From the NCBI GenBank assembly GCA_027623675.1, contig JAQBVF010000009.1:42113-106112 (forward strand): a DNA stretch of 64,000 nucleotides, written 5' to 3'. Both the position numbers and the translations under genes were made by a program. The notes beneath the pieces are model-generated. The model ran no database searches, was not told where the DNA came from, and saw only the letters and a program-made list of their open reading frames with translations. Of the stretch, positions 48,013-58,476 are shown piece after piece. Position 1 is the first letter of the stretch, and every line of letters starts with the position of its first letter. Source of the DNA: Chloroflexota bacterium. Its GTDB lineage: Bacteria > Chloroflexota > Dehalococcoidia > Lucifugimonadales > UBA3495.

Positions 48013-48828
48013 TCACGGCCTACCCGGCCCCCTGGAGTTGAAGCTCCCAACTATGGTGGTGCCAGTCGATTCGCCCCGCACGCAGTCTAATACCGCGTTC
48101 GGCTGCCTTCCGTCGACGATGTTGGCCAACGGAGACTTTTCCAGCGCCCGTAGACAGGCCGACAATTTGGGAATCATGCCGCCTTGAATCACGCCCGAGT
48201 TAAACAAGATATTGGCACGCCGCCGGTCCAGCCGCCGGATGACCCGGCCACCGCCGTCCATGACACCGGCAACGTCGGTCAGGAAGATAAGTTGTTCCGC
48301 CTCCAGAGCATACGCCAACTCTCCCGCCACGGTATCGCCGTTGATGTTCAGCGGACTACCCGCGTTCGCCGACCCATCCCGCACGTGAACGCCGATCGGG
48401 GCGATCATCGGGATGAACCCGTTGTCCAGCACGGCCCTGATGAGGGCGGAGTTGACGCTGGTGACCTCGCCCACGAATCCAAGGTCGGGATTGCCAATCT
48501 TGGCCTCGACCATGCAGCCATCGACGCCGCTTAGACCAACCGACCGGCCACCGAACTCGTGCATCAGGGAGACCAGTTCCTTGTTGATCAGACCGCCCAG
48601 GACCGCGACAACGATCTCAAGGCTGGGCGCGTCGGTCACCCGCAGGCCGCCCACGAACTGGGGCGCTAGCCCTTGGCGCTGCATCCACTGGGATATCACA
48701 TTGCCGCCGCCGTGGACCACCACCACCTCCCGGCCTTCCCCCTGCAGCCGGACCAGGTCCTTTAGGCTGGTGTCGTGACTTCCCAGGGTGCTGCCACCGA
48801 TCTTTATGACTATCGGTTGGCCCGGCAC
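48013..48828 (-). CDS. argB: Acetylglutamate kinase
   Basis: VIKIGG, VVHGGG, GLRVTD, NINGD, LTDVAGV, GGMIPK. Confidence 0.95.
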   Translation of the reverse strand: MPGQPIVIKIGGSTLGSHDTSLKDLVRLQGEGREVVVVHGGGNVISQWMQRQGLAPQFVGGLRVTDAPSLEIVVAVLGGLINKELVSLMHEFGGRSVGLSGVDGCMVEAKIGNPDLGFVGEVTSVNSALIRAVLDNGFIPMIAPIGVHVRDGSANAGSPLNINGDTVAGELAYALEAEQLIFLTDVAGVMDGGGRVIRRLDRRRANILFNSGVIQGGMIPKLSACLRALEKSPLANIVDGRQPNAVLDCVRGESTGTTIVGSFNSRGPGRP

Positions 48829-49071
48829 CGCTTCCTCCGAAAAAACAAACTCAGCAAATCAAAATACTCGAATCAAGATGATAAACGGGAGGGAGTGGGA
48901 CCGGCTGCCGGAGTGGAACCTTGGATTTGGTTCCAGGAGAAGAGCCCAAACGCTGCTCGCAAAGCGGTCAGAGTGCCGTTGGGAACGCAGATGCCACGCC
49001 CGAATATTTACTCTGTAATCGGACGCAGCCTACGTATGTTTGGACAGCAAATGTTGGGACAGCAGAAAGGG

Positions 49072-50292
49072 CTAGGTAGTGTAGGCACTGTTGATAACCA
49101 CGTACTCTTCGGTAAGGTCGCAGCCCCAAGCGGTAGCCTGCCCATCCGAAAGATTTAAGTTGACCCCAAAGGTGACTTCATCGGTCCGCATAAGGGCGAC
49201 CACGGCGTCGCGGTGGAATGGCACAGGTTTACCAGATTCCATGATACAAACGCCGTTGATGTAGAGGTCGATCTTCGACTCTACGGTTTCGGCCCCGCTG
49301 CGGCCCAAGGCCATGATCAACCGGCCCCAATTGGGGTCTGCACCGTACACCGCCGACTTGACCAATAACGACGACGTAATCGTCTTGGCCGCCATTCGGG
49401 CGTCGGCCAGGTTCCTCGCGCCTTTGACCTCGGCCACGATTAATCGGGTGGCGCCCTCGCCGTCTTGGGCCAACTGGCGGGTCAACTGGACCAGCACCTC
49501 AGTCAGGCCATCCGAAAAGGTGTCGGCGTCGGCGCTTCCAGCCGATATAACCTTGTTGCCCGCGGCCCCATTGGCCAAGACGACAAGGCTGTCGTTGGTG
49601 CTGGTGTCGCCGTCAATGTCCAGCATGTTCAGGGTGCTGTCGGCGATGGCAGGGAGTATGGAGCGCAGGTAGTCTTGGTCCACAGCCGCGTCGGTGGCCA
49701 CGAAGCACAGCATGGTCGCCATGTTGGGGTGAATCATCCCCGAGCCCTTGGCCACGCCGCTGATATTAACTTCCTTGCCGCCCAGATTCACCTTGACCGC
49801 CGCCTCTTTAGTGCGGGTGTCCGTGGTCATCATGGACCGGGCCAATGCGTTGCCCGCGTCGGCGGTAAGTTTTATCACTCCGACGCCCTTGCGAATCAGC
49901 GTCATGGGCAGCTCTACACCGATGACGCCGGTGCTGAAAACCAGCATTTCCTCGGGTTTAACGCCCAGGCCCTTGGCGGCCACGGCAGCCATCTCCTTAG
50001 CGTCGATGTAACCCTGCTCGCCAACTCCGGCATTGGCGATGCCCGAATTGACCACCAGACCACGTATGGGCCCGCCCGCCGCCAGGGTCTCGCGGTTCAC
50101 GGTGACCGACGGCGACACCAGCGTGCTTTTGGTGAACACGCCGGCAGCCGAGCATGGGGCGTCGGACAGAAGCATACCCATGTCCATCTTGTCTTCGGAG
50201 AATGTCTTAATGCCCACGTAGGTCGCGCCGGCGCTGAAGCCTTTGGCGTTCGTGATGGTTCCGCCGTCTACATGAGTGATTGGGCCGGCCAT
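49072..50292 (-). CDS. argJ: Bifunctional ornithine acetyltransferase/N-acetylglutamate synthase
   Basis: STGVIG, MTTDT, KGSGMIHPNMATML, DGDTSTND, DGEGAT, DPNWGR; likely start ATG 50292. Confidence 0.96.
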   Translation of the reverse strand: MAGPITHVDGGTITNAKGFSAGATYVGIKTFSEDKMDMGMLLSDAPCSAAGVFTKSTLVSPSVTVNRETLAAGGPIRGLVVNSGIANAGVGEQGYIDAKEMAAVAAKGLGVKPEEMLVFSTGVIGVELPMTLIRKGVGVIKLTADAGNALARSMMTTDTRTKEAAVKVNLGGKEVNISGVAKGSGMIHPNMATMLCFVATDAAVDQDYLRSILPAIADSTLNMLDIDGDTSTNDSLVVLANGAAGNKVISAGSADADTFSDGLTEVLVQLTRQLAQDGEGATRLIVAEVKGARNLADARMAAKTITSSLLVKSAVYGADPNWGRLIMALGRSGAETVESKIDLYINGVCIMESGKPVPFHRDAVVALMRTDEVTFGVNLNLSDGQATAWGCDLTEEYVVINSAYTT

Positions 50293-50304
50293 GGGCTTAC
50301 CTTC

Positions 50305-50350
50305 CTGTAAAACGAGATCCGCCTGTGAAACGTGACCCGGCTGTAAAACG
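50305..50350. repeat. Three direct repeats CTGTRAAACG with exact 18-bp period upstream of argJ
   Basis: Copies at 50305, 50323 and 50341. Confidence 0.8.
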
Positions 50351-50537
50351 AAAATGTGCGCTGATTCCGTGCCTGAGCAAGCACAGAGTATATCACAACA
50401 CCAGGTGGGCCAAATACTGCCGCCGGCAGTGTCGGTTGGGTTTCTCATCACACAGTTTTGGCCGGTGGACTGGCCTTGGGGGTTAACCTATAATCGAGCT
50501 TGGTAGACACGGTTAATCCTAGTATGCAGGTGGCACA

Positions 50538-51821
50538 ATGGCATCGGTAAGCCCTTTCAGAGGATGGCGCTACAACCCGGAAAAGGTGGGAGACATGGCC
50601 TCAGTGCTGTGCCCGCCCTACGACATGATCAACGAGCAGAGCCAGGAAACCCTCAAGCGGCAAAGCCAGTACAACGTGATCCACCTGGAAGCCGGCGAGA
50701 GCTTGGACTGGAACGTCTCAGCGAAAGAGCAGTACGCCGCAACCTCCGGGCTATTCGACCAATGGAGGCAAGACGGGGTGCTGCGCCAGGACTCCGCTCC
50801 CTGCTATTACCTGATGCGCCACAGCTTCCCCTTGGGCGGCAAGAACATGGTGCGCCTGGGACTGATCGCCTCCGTGGGCTTGGAGGGCTATGAGACTCGG
50901 CAGATACTGCCCCACGAGTTCACCGAAGCCCCGGCCATCCGCGACCGAGTCCTGCTGATGGAGTCACTGTCCGCCAACATCAGCCCCATCATGTCCATCT
51001 ACCGCGACGCGGAGGGCACGCTGGACCAGGTTTTCCAGAAGGTCATGCAGGCGCCGCCGGAAGTGGACGCCACCGATGAGTCGGGAAGCGCCACCGCCCT
51101 GTGGCCCATCTCTGATCCGGCGGTGCAGGACCAGATCAGCGGCTTCTTCGCCGGCAGGCCCGTCTATCTCGCCGACGGTCATCACCGCTACGAGGCCGCC
51201 AGGCAGTACCAGCTGGACCGCCACGCCGAGGACCCCTCGGCAAAGTCGGCAGCCCTGGCCCACAACTTCGTGATGATGACGCTGATAGCCTTCGACGATC
51301 CCGGCCTGGTCGTCCTGGGCTACCACCGCACTCTCAGCGGCGTGCCCGATGACAAACTGGCCAACATCAAGGCCAGGCTGGCCGAGTTGTTCGAGTCAGC
51401 GCCACTGCCCGGCGACCCGGACTCTTTGGTAGAGCAGGTGACTCGCCGGGGCGCGGACCAGCGGCTGCTGGCGTCGGTGGACCGAGACGGCGCCAAGATG
51501 CTCACGCTTAAGGACTCGGCGGTTGGTCCCGACTGGGGCGCATTGTCCGCGTCCGAGGCTTGGGTGTTGGAGGAAAAGGTCCTGCGGCCGGAACTTGGTG
51601 ACGCTACCCTGGACCATCTGGGGTTCATCCATGACCACGATGAGGCGGTCAACCGGGCCAAGAGCGGCGACCTTCAGATGGCGTTCCTGCTCAAACCGTT
51701 CCCGCTTGACGCATTCGAGAGCATCGTGGGCGGCGGACAACGGCTCCCCCGAAAGTCCACTTTCTTCTATCCCAAACTGCCCACCGGCCTGGTGATAAAC
51801 CGCCTGGACGGCGAGCTATAG
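50538..51821 (+). CDS. DUF1015 family protein
   Basis: PFRGWRY, PPYD, ILPHE, YLADGHHRY, LPRKSTFFYPKLPTGL. Confidence 0.92.
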   Translation: MASVSPFRGWRYNPEKVGDMASVLCPPYDMINEQSQETLKRQSQYNVIHLEAGESLDWNVSAKEQYAATSGLFDQWRQDGVLRQDSAPCYYLMRHSFPLGGKNMVRLGLIASVGLEGYETRQILPHEFTEAPAIRDRVLLMESLSANISPIMSIYRDAEGTLDQVFQKVMQAPPEVDATDESGSATALWPISDPAVQDQISGFFAGRPVYLADGHHRYEAARQYQLDRHAEDPSAKSAALAHNFVMMTLIAFDDPGLVVLGYHRTLSGVPDDKLANIKARLAELFESAPLPGDPDSLVEQVTRRGADQRLLASVDRDGAKMLTLKDSAVGPDWGALSASEAWVLEEKVLRPELGDATLDHLGFIHDHDEAVNRAKSGDLQMAFLLKPFPLDAFESIVGGGQRLPRKSTFFYPKLPTGLVINRLDGEL

Positions 51822-52005
51822 CCTGATCTAACCCGGGCTGCCCACCGGCCTGATCGGCTGATCGCCGGCCGGTCGACTTTGTCAGTTGTTTGCGTCCGGA
51901 TTTCATGGTAGGGCGGCGATTGCGTGATGTAGAATTAGAAAGCCTGCCACAACTCTAATCTCCCCAGATTACGAGTCCCCAACCTTTTCCACTCGAGGTC
52001 CGAGC

Positions 52006-53088
52006 ATGAAGCGTAAATATTGGATTCTTTTCGCAGGTCTATTCGGCCTGCTAGCGTTGGCTGCGGTCGCCTGTGGCGACTCGGCCACCGCGACCCCAGG
52101 TCCCGATTCAGTCACACCTGAGCCGGAAGCCAAAAGCTCCCGATTGGACCTGGTCGAAAGCCGGGGCAAGCTCCTCTGCGCCGGCCGCACCGACCTGGCC
52201 GGGTTCGGATACCTGACCTCAGGTGGAGCCAACGCCGGGTTCGACGTTGACCTGTGCCGCGCCGTGGCCGCCGCTGTCTTTGGTGATGGAGACGCCATGG
52301 AATTGATCCCGATCACCGCATCCGAGCGTGGCCCCACGATCCAAGCCGGCGAGGTTGACCTGCTGTCCCGGAACGTGACCTGGACCTCCACCCGCGACGC
52401 GCAATGGGGCAACTTCACGACGACCATGTTCTACGACGGCCAGGGTTTCATGGTCCCCAAGTCAACCGGGTTCACCAGTGCCCTGGACCTGGACGGAGCC
52501 ACGGTGTGCGTCACCAGCGGCACCACCACCGAATTGAACCTGGCCGACTATTTCCGGCAGAACGGCCTCGCGCTGGACACCGTGGTGTTCGAGGACACCG
52601 CATCCGTGTACGGCGCCTATGAAAACGGACGTTGCGACGCCACCACCAGCGACAGGTCTCAGTTAGCTGCTGTCAGGAGCGGGTTCGCCGACCCCGACGC
52701 CCACGTCATCTTGCCTGAGACCATCTCCAAGGAGCCCTTGACTCCGTTGGTCTCCCACGGCGACGACCAATGGTTCGACGTGGTCAAAACCGTCATGTCC
52801 GTCCTCATCAATGCCGAGGAATTGGGCGTGACCTCAGCGAACGTTGACGCTATGCAGACCAGCGACAACATCGTGATTCGGCGCATGTTGGGCGCCGAGG
52901 GCGAATTTGGCCAATCAGACCTGGGACTTCGCCCCACCTTCGCGGTGGACGTGATCAAAGCCGTCGGCAACTACGGCGAGATATACGACCGCTACATGGG
53001 TCCCAACGGCGATTCATTCACTCTGCCAAGAGGCCTGAACGAGCTCTGGAACAACGGCGGGTTGATCTATTCGCCGCCGCTTCGCTAG
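52006..53088 (+). CDS. aapJ: General L-amino acid ABC transporter substrate-binding lipoprotein (AapJ/BztA-like)
   Basis: GFDVDLCRAVAAAVFGD, FYDGQGFMV, TTELNLADYF, ISKEPL, GNYGEIY, RGLNELW. Confidence 0.9.
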   Translation: MKRKYWILFAGLFGLLALAAVACGDSATATPGPDSVTPEPEAKSSRLDLVESRGKLLCAGRTDLAGFGYLTSGGANAGFDVDLCRAVAAAVFGDGDAMELIPITASERGPTIQAGEVDLLSRNVTWTSTRDAQWGNFTTTMFYDGQGFMVPKSTGFTSALDLDGATVCVTSGTTTELNLADYFRQNGLALDTVVFEDTASVYGAYENGRCDATTSDRSQLAAVRSGFADPDAHVILPETISKEPLTPLVSHGDDQWFDVVKTVMSVLINAEELGVTSANVDAMQTSDNIVIRRMLGAEGEFGQSDLGLRPTFAVDVIKAVGNYGEIYDRYMGPNGDSFTLPRGLNELWNNGGLIYSPPLR

Positions 53089-53176
53089 GCCCTTAACCTG
53101 CCAAGCACAGCGCCGGCAGGCCCACGACTTCTGGCCAGCCGGCGTTTAGTTTCACCGACGCGAGGCGATTGCGGAG

Positions 53177-54352
53177 ATGCGCTTCCTCACCTTTGACGGC
53201 GTTCCTATCTGGCGCGACGCTCGAGTGATTCGGGCAACTGCGCAGATAGTCTCCGTTGTAATCGTCGTCATTGTCGTGTTCTTCGTCGCCAGCAATGTGC
53301 TCGACGCCGCCGACAAGCGTGGATTCTCCCTGGGATTCGACTTCTTGGGACAGGAAGCGGGCTTCCCCATAGCCGAATCCGTAATCGAATACGACGAGTC
53401 GAATTCTTTCCGGTACGCCTTCACGGTTGGGGTGCTGAACACTCTCAAGGTGGCCTTGATCGGCATCGTGGCCGCCACTGTCCTGGGGATCATCATCGGG
53501 GTGGCCCGGGTTTCAAGCAATTGGCTGATCAACAGATTAGCCAACGTCTACATCGAAACTTTCCGCAACATTCCCCTTCTGGTGCAGCTCTTCTTCTGGT
53601 ATTTCAGCGTCTTCTTGGTCCTGCCCACGGTCCAAGACAGCATCCGGTGGCCGGGCCCCATCTACCTCAGCAACCGCGGCCTCGTCTCCGTTTGGGCCAG
53701 CCCTACATCCTCGTTCACGCCGTGGCTCTTATTCCTGTTGGGCGGCGTTTTGTTGGCCGTTGCGGTGACAATGACGCTGGCCCGGTATCAATCGCGCACC
53801 GGCCGGTCCACCTACCCCAACATCGGCGCACTTGCCGCGTTCGTGGTGCTGGCCGTCGCCGGGTGGTTCCTGGTTGGGGAGAGTCCGCTGGTGAAGAACG
53901 TGCCCGAGTTGGAACGTTTCAACTATGCCGGCGGCCTGCGGTTCACCCCTGAATTTGCCGCTCTTCTGTTGGGCCTGGTGATCTACACGGCCAGCTTCAT
54001 CTCGGAGATCGTGCGGGCGGGGATACAGTCCGTTCCCCGAGGCCAGGTTGAAGCGGCAAGGGCATTGGGTCTAAGCGAGCTTGAGGCCCAATGGTCGGTG
54101 GTTTTCCCCCAGGCGCTGCGGGTTATCGTGCCACCGCTGATCAGCCAGTTCCTAAACCTCACCAAGAACTCCAGCCTGGCGATCGCCATCGGCTATCCCG
54201 ATCTGTTCAGCATCGGCAGAATCATGATTAACCAGGCCGGGCGCGCCGTGCCCATCTTCTTGCTAATCATGGGCGCCTACCTGGTCATGAGCCTGACCTA
54301 CGCCGTGATCGGCAACCTTTACAACCGCCACATGCGGCTCGCGGAGCGGTGA
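53177..54352 (+). CDS. aapQ: Amino acid ABC transporter permease (AapQ-like)
   Basis: FRNIPLLVQLFFWY, EIVRAGIQSV, NLTKNSSLAIAIGYPDL. Confidence 0.9.
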   Translation: MRFLTFDGVPIWRDARVIRATAQIVSVVIVVIVVFFVASNVLDAADKRGFSLGFDFLGQEAGFPIAESVIEYDESNSFRYAFTVGVLNTLKVALIGIVAATVLGIIIGVARVSSNWLINRLANVYIETFRNIPLLVQLFFWYFSVFLVLPTVQDSIRWPGPIYLSNRGLVSVWASPTSSFTPWLLFLLGGVLLAVAVTMTLARYQSRTGRSTYPNIGALAAFVVLAVAGWFLVGESPLVKNVPELERFNYAGGLRFTPEFAALLLGLVIYTASFISEIVRAGIQSVPRGQVEAARALGLSELEAQWSVVFPQALRVIVPPLISQFLNLTKNSSLAIAIGYPDLFSIGRIMINQAGRAVPIFLLIMGAYLVMSLTYAVIGNLYNRHMRLAER

Positions 54353-55563
54353 CCGTGGCCAGCACACCAGAGATCGTCCGGCCGCCAATAACCAGCTCGG
54401 GACCGATCGGTTGGGTTAGGGCGAACCTGATGAGCACCAAGTACAACACTTTGCTCACGGTAGCCGTGTTGGCGCTTTTGGTCTGGTTTCTAAAATCGGC
54501 GCTTGGCTGGGTGTTTTTCGGCGCCGATTGGAGCGTGGTCACCTCGAACTTGAAGCTCTTCCTGGTCGGGCAATATCCCTCGGAAGAGATGTGGCGCATC
54601 GGGGTGGGCGTTCTCTTTGCAACCCTGTTGCTGGGGGTTTCTTGGGGCGTTTGGGGCGGAGTGCCACGCACCTTCGGAAGGGTGTGGGCCGTGGGCTTGG
54701 TTGTCCTGGCATTCTTTCCGTTCAGCCTGGACCACCTCAGCATCGAGAGCCGGATCTGGATACTGGCCAACCCTGGCATGATTGGGGTTGGCTACCTGCT
54801 CTCCAGAGCGTCGTTCGTCCAGCCCCGCCGTGTCGTGATCGCCTGGGTGGTCTTATTCCTTGTGGGAATCGTATTGCTGCGGGGCATCGAGGGCGTATCG
54901 GTGCTGCCCAAGGTCAGCACCACGCTGTGGGGCGGGCTGATGCTCACGTTCGTCCTCGCAATAGTTGGCATCGTCGCTTCCTTCCCCTTGGGCGTGCTCC
55001 TGGCGTTGGGCCGGCGCAGCAGCCTTCCGGCGGTCAAATCCCTGAGCGTGTTGTACATCGAGTTCTTCCGCGGCGTGCCGTTGATCAGCTTGCTGTTCAT
55101 GACCCAGATAATCCTGCCGCTGTTCCTGCCCGAGGGCCTGCGCTTGGACCGCGTTCTGCGCGCCCTGCTGGCGATCACCCTGTTCAGCTCCGCCTATATG
55201 GCAGAGAACGTTCGTGGCGGCTTTCAAGCAGTGCCGGCCGGGCAGGTGGAAGCGGGCAAAGCGCTGGGGCTGAGCGGCCCTCACATCATGGTCTTCATCG
55301 TCCTGCCGCAGGCTTTAAGAGCAGTGATTCCGGCCATCGTTGGCCAGTTCATCAGCCTGTTCAAAGACACCAGCTTGGTCGTGATCGTGGGCTTGCTTGA
55401 TTTCGTAGGCATCGGCAAGTCCGTCGTTCTGGGTAACGTGGCATGGATCGGTTCCCAGCGCGAGGTTTACGTGTTCGTAGCCGCGGTTTTCTGGGTGTGC
55501 ACCTACTCCATGTCCTACGCCAGCCAGAAATTGGAAGAGCGGCTGGGTGTCGGAAGCCGCTAG
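54349..55563 (+). CDS. aapM: Amino acid ABC transporter permease (AapM-like)
   Basis: WGGLMLT, LALGRRS, RGVPLI, AYMAENVRGG, LFKDTSL. Confidence 0.9.
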   Translation: MTVASTPEIVRPPITSSGPIGWVRANLMSTKYNTLLTVAVLALLVWFLKSALGWVFFGADWSVVTSNLKLFLVGQYPSEEMWRIGVGVLFATLLLGVSWGVWGGVPRTFGRVWAVGLVVLAFFPFSLDHLSIESRIWILANPGMIGVGYLLSRASFVQPRRVVIAWVVLFLVGIVLLRGIEGVSVLPKVSTTLWGGLMLTFVLAIVGIVASFPLGVLLALGRRSSLPAVKSLSVLYIEFFRGVPLISLLFMTQIILPLFLPEGLRLDRVLRALLAITLFSSAYMAENVRGGFQAVPAGQVEAGKALGLSGPHIMVFIVLPQALRAVIPAIVGQFISLFKDTSLVVIVGLLDFVGIGKSVVLGNVAWIGSQREVYVFVAAVFWVCTYSMSYASQKLEERLGVGSR

Positions 55564-55612
55564 AAAGCGGCGCGCCAGCGCTCAGTTGCAACACCTAGCC
55601 TGAAGGAGTCCC

Positions 55613-56401
55613 ATGGCCGATCTAGAGCCGTCGAGCACCCGCGAACCAGGCACGGAGGCGGCCTCCCAGGCCGACGATATAATCGTCTGCCGTGAGGTCC
55701 ATAAGTGGTATGGCGATTTCCACGTCTTGAAGGGTGTAACCACCACGATCAAGCGGGGACAAGTCGTGGTGGTGTTCGGCCCTTCGGGATCGGGTAAATC
55801 AACCTTTATCCGGACCATCAACCGGCTAGAGGAGCACCAAAGGGGCCAGATCATCGTCGATGGCATCGAACTCACCCACGACACCCGGAACGTCGAGGCC
55901 GTGCGGCGCGAGATCGGAATGGTGTTTCAATCGTTCAATGTATTTCCCCATCTCACGGTGCTCCAAAATATCACTTTGGCGCCGATGAAGGTGCGCAAAT
56001 GGCCCCGGAAACGGGCCGATGATGCCGCCATGGAGCTATTGGAGCGGGTCGGCATACCGGAGCAGGCCCAGAAATATCCGGCTGAGCTTTCGGGAGGACA
56101 GCAACAGCGGGTGGCCATCGCACGCGCCTTGGCGATGCAACCCAAGATCATGTTGTTCGACGAACCCACGTCGGCCCTGGACCCTGAGATGATCAAAGAG
56201 GTGCTGGACGTGATGCGCGAGTTGGCATCGTCGGGCATGACGATGATCGTGGTCACTCACGAGATGGGATTCGCCAGGGAAGTCGCCGACCGCCTGATGA
56301 TGTTCGACGAGGGCATCATCGTGGAAGAGGGTGCGCCCGAAGAATTGTTCGACAACCCTCGGCAGGAGCGGACCAAGCTGTTCTTGTCCCAGATCCTCTG
56401 A
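55613..56401 (+). CDS. aapP: Amino acid ABC transporter ATP-binding protein (AapP/GlnQ-like)
   Basis: [36 protein letters not shown]. Confidence 0.92.
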   Translation: MADLEPSSTREPGTEAASQADDIIVCREVHKWYGDFHVLKGVTTTIKRGQVVVVFGPSGSGKSTFIRTINRLEEHQRGQIIVDGIELTHDTRNVEAVRREIGMVFQSFNVFPHLTVLQNITLAPMKVRKWPRKRADDAAMELLERVGIPEQAQKYPAELSGGQQQRVAIARALAMQPKIMLFDEPTSALDPEMIKEVLDVMRELASSGMTMIVVTHEMGFAREVADRLMMFDEGIIVEEGAPEELFDNPRQERTKLFLSQIL

Positions 56402-56461
56402 CCCGCCGCGCCCGGTGGCTGGCCGCTCTGGCCCATGGGGCGCCGGGGACGGTCAACGGAA

Positions 56462-56935
56462 TCAGCCAGCGGCCTGGTCGCCGCCGGTCCTTTCTCGGAA
56501 ACGGTCGGTGATGGCCTGCTCGGCCTGGCGGCTGTTGGCGGCGATAAAATCTTCCAACTGCCTGATCTCTTGTTGTCCCTCTTCGCTGGCGCCGCCGCGA
56601 CTCTGCTTCAGTTCGGCCAGCTTCGACCGTGCCTCGTCCACTCTTTTCAGCAGCTCAAGGGCTTCTAGCTCTTGGGTAGCCGTCTTCTTGATCTCGATCA
56701 GCCTGCGCCGGTTGGCAATGGCGTCTTCCAGGCGTTCTTCGATCTCGCCCATGGCAGTCATGGACAGTTCCAGTGAGGTCTGTCCGTAGGCGACCTGACG
56801 GGGCAGGCGGCGCAGTTGGGTCTGAAACTGGCTTATCTGAGCGTCAAGTTGGTCTTCTTTGTTGCGCATCTCGGCCAGTCCCAGCCGCAGGGTGGCCATA
56901 GCCTGTTGGAGTTGAGAGATAGCCATCTTGGGCAC
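56462..56935 (-). CDS. Hypothetical coiled-coil protein
   Basis: GGAG before GTG start; heptad-rich Q/E/L/R composition. Confidence 0.75.
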   Translation of the reverse strand: MPKMAISQLQQAMATLRLGLAEMRNKEDQLDAQISQFQTQLRRLPRQVAYGQTSLELSMTAMGEIEERLEDAIANRRRLIEIKKTATQELEALELLKRVDEARSKLAELKQSRGGASEEGQQEIRQLEDFIAANSRQAEQAITDRFRERTGGDQAAG

Positions 56936-57072
56936 CTCCGAGAACCGCCTTGGAATTGAAACGCGGGAAACGAAACACCGGAGTAACGATCACGCTACCC
57001 CGGCGTTAATAGCTCGTTGAACAGATTATCCCATTGAGACGCGGTTATTCATACTGCGGTGCTGGGATGTTT

Positions 57073-58182
57073 CTACGGATTAAACCCCACCTCGGGCAGC
57101 ACTTTGGCCAGGGCATCCATCACCTCGGTGATGTCGGACTTCTCAACAGCGCCCAGGTGGCCGATGCGGAAGATGTCGTTGGTCATCCTGCCCTGTCCGC
57201 CCGCCAGCACCACGTTGTACTCCGTGCGCAACTTGCCCATCAGCGCTTTGTTGTCCACGCCCTTGGGGACCTTGATGGCGGTCACCGTATCCGACGCATA
57301 TATCTCATCCGCAACCAGCAATTCCAGACCCAGCGCACGGGCGCCGTCGCGGGTGAACTGGGCGATAGCGGCGTGGCGTCCGAACACGTTCTCCATCCCT
57401 TCTTCCAGCAGATTGTCCAAGGCCTTGCTGAGCCCGAACATCGCCGACAGGTTGGGGGTGAAAGGGCTCTGGCCTTGTTCAAGGTACTGCTTGGCCATGG
57501 CCAGGTCGAAATAGAACCGGGGCATCTTGGCGGTCTGCTGGGCCTCCCAGGCACGCTCGCTCACGCTGACGAAAGACAGGCCCGGAGGAATCATGAACCC
57601 TTTCTGCGAAGCGGTGCCGACCAGGTCGCAGTCCCAGGCGTCGACCGGAAGGGGGATGCAGCCCAGGCTGGACACGGCGTCGACCAACAGCAGCTTGTCG
57701 AACTCGCCCTTCACCACCTTGGCGATCTCTTCAACCGGGTGGGTCAGTCCCGTGGATGTCTCGTTGTGGGTAACCAGCACCGCTTTGACGTTCGGTTCAG
57801 CTTGGAGGGCCTTGCGTATCGCATCGGGGTCGATGGGACCGCCCCACTCAAAGTCCATGCGTTTCACGTCGGCGCCGTAGGCCTCCACCATGTCCACGAA
57901 CCGGTCTCCGAACGCGCCCGCCGTGGCTGCTATAACCCGGTCTCCGGGAGATAGCGTGTTGACGATGGACGCTTCCAGCGCGCCGGTCCCGGACGCAGTG
58001 AGGATAAACAGGTCATTCTTGGTCATGAACACCTGTTTCAACTGCTCGGTGGCCTTCTTGATCAGGGCGGCGAACTCCGGACCGCGGTGGTTGATCATCG
58101 GGTCGGTCATCGCTTCGACGATGTCGCTGGGGATGGGCGTGGGTCCAGGGGTTCTGAGGTTCTGGGGAGTCTTTCGCTGCAT
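57073..58182 (-). CDS. Class V aminotransferase (alanine/serine-glyoxylate aminotransferase family)
   Basis: TPGPTP, INHRG, HNETSTG, VDAVSS, SQKGFMIPPGL, FRIGHLG; AAGGA RBS before ATG 58182 (the ORF-track extension to 58506 is not credible). Confidence 0.92.
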   Translation of the reverse strand: MQRKTPQNLRTPGPTPIPSDIVEAMTDPMINHRGPEFAALIKKATEQLKQVFMTKNDLFILTASGTGALEASIVNTLSPGDRVIAATAGAFGDRFVDMVEAYGADVKRMDFEWGGPIDPDAIRKALQAEPNVKAVLVTHNETSTGLTHPVEEIAKVVKGEFDKLLLVDAVSSLGCIPLPVDAWDCDLVGTASQKGFMIPPGLSFVSVSERAWEAQQTAKMPRFYFDLAMAKQYLEQGQSPFTPNLSAMFGLSKALDNLLEEGMENVFGRHAAIAQFTRDGARALGLELLVADEIYASDTVTAIKVPKGVDNKALMGKLRTEYNVVLAGGQGRMTNDIFRIGHLGAVEKSDITEVMDALAKVLPEVGFNP

Positions 58183-58199
58183 CGGTCCTTTCTTCCTGT

Positions 58200-58476
58200 C
58201 GATCGGCCTCTTGTGGCAGGGGCCGGCTAGTTGTGATTCTATCCCTCGCCAACCTTGGGCCGTCAACCTCGCGTGCTGCGTTGCCGCCGGGGACCCAGTG
58301 GACCTGGCCGGCCAACACGAAGGGACATGCACGATTGACGCGGGGAGCTTAGATCCGGATATGACTCGCTTTGCCCAGTTTTGGGCGCCGGGGTTTCGCT
58401 GCGTTCGCCACGCCTGTTTCCAAGTGATGACGCGGTTGACAGCGCGAGGCGACAGCCTAGCTGTCAAGAGCGACCC
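58200..58476 (-). ncRNA. Candidate structured RNA / long 5' leader
   Basis: Extended -10 (TGATATAAT, 58478-58486) immediately upstream; nested long-range pairings CTCTTG/CAAGAG, GCTAG/CTAGC, CCTCGC/GCGAGG, GCTGTCAACC/GGTTGACGGC; internal CTTG-GAAA-CAGG and GCCCA-AAAC-TGGGC hairpins. Confidence 0.4.

Noticed and set aside
58380..58430. ZTP (pfl) riboswitch call for the aminotransferase leader
   Set aside because: Only superficial similarity (CGCCC...CTGGGCAA); the conserved GACUGGCG/GGGAGC core and pseudoknot partner are not evident.
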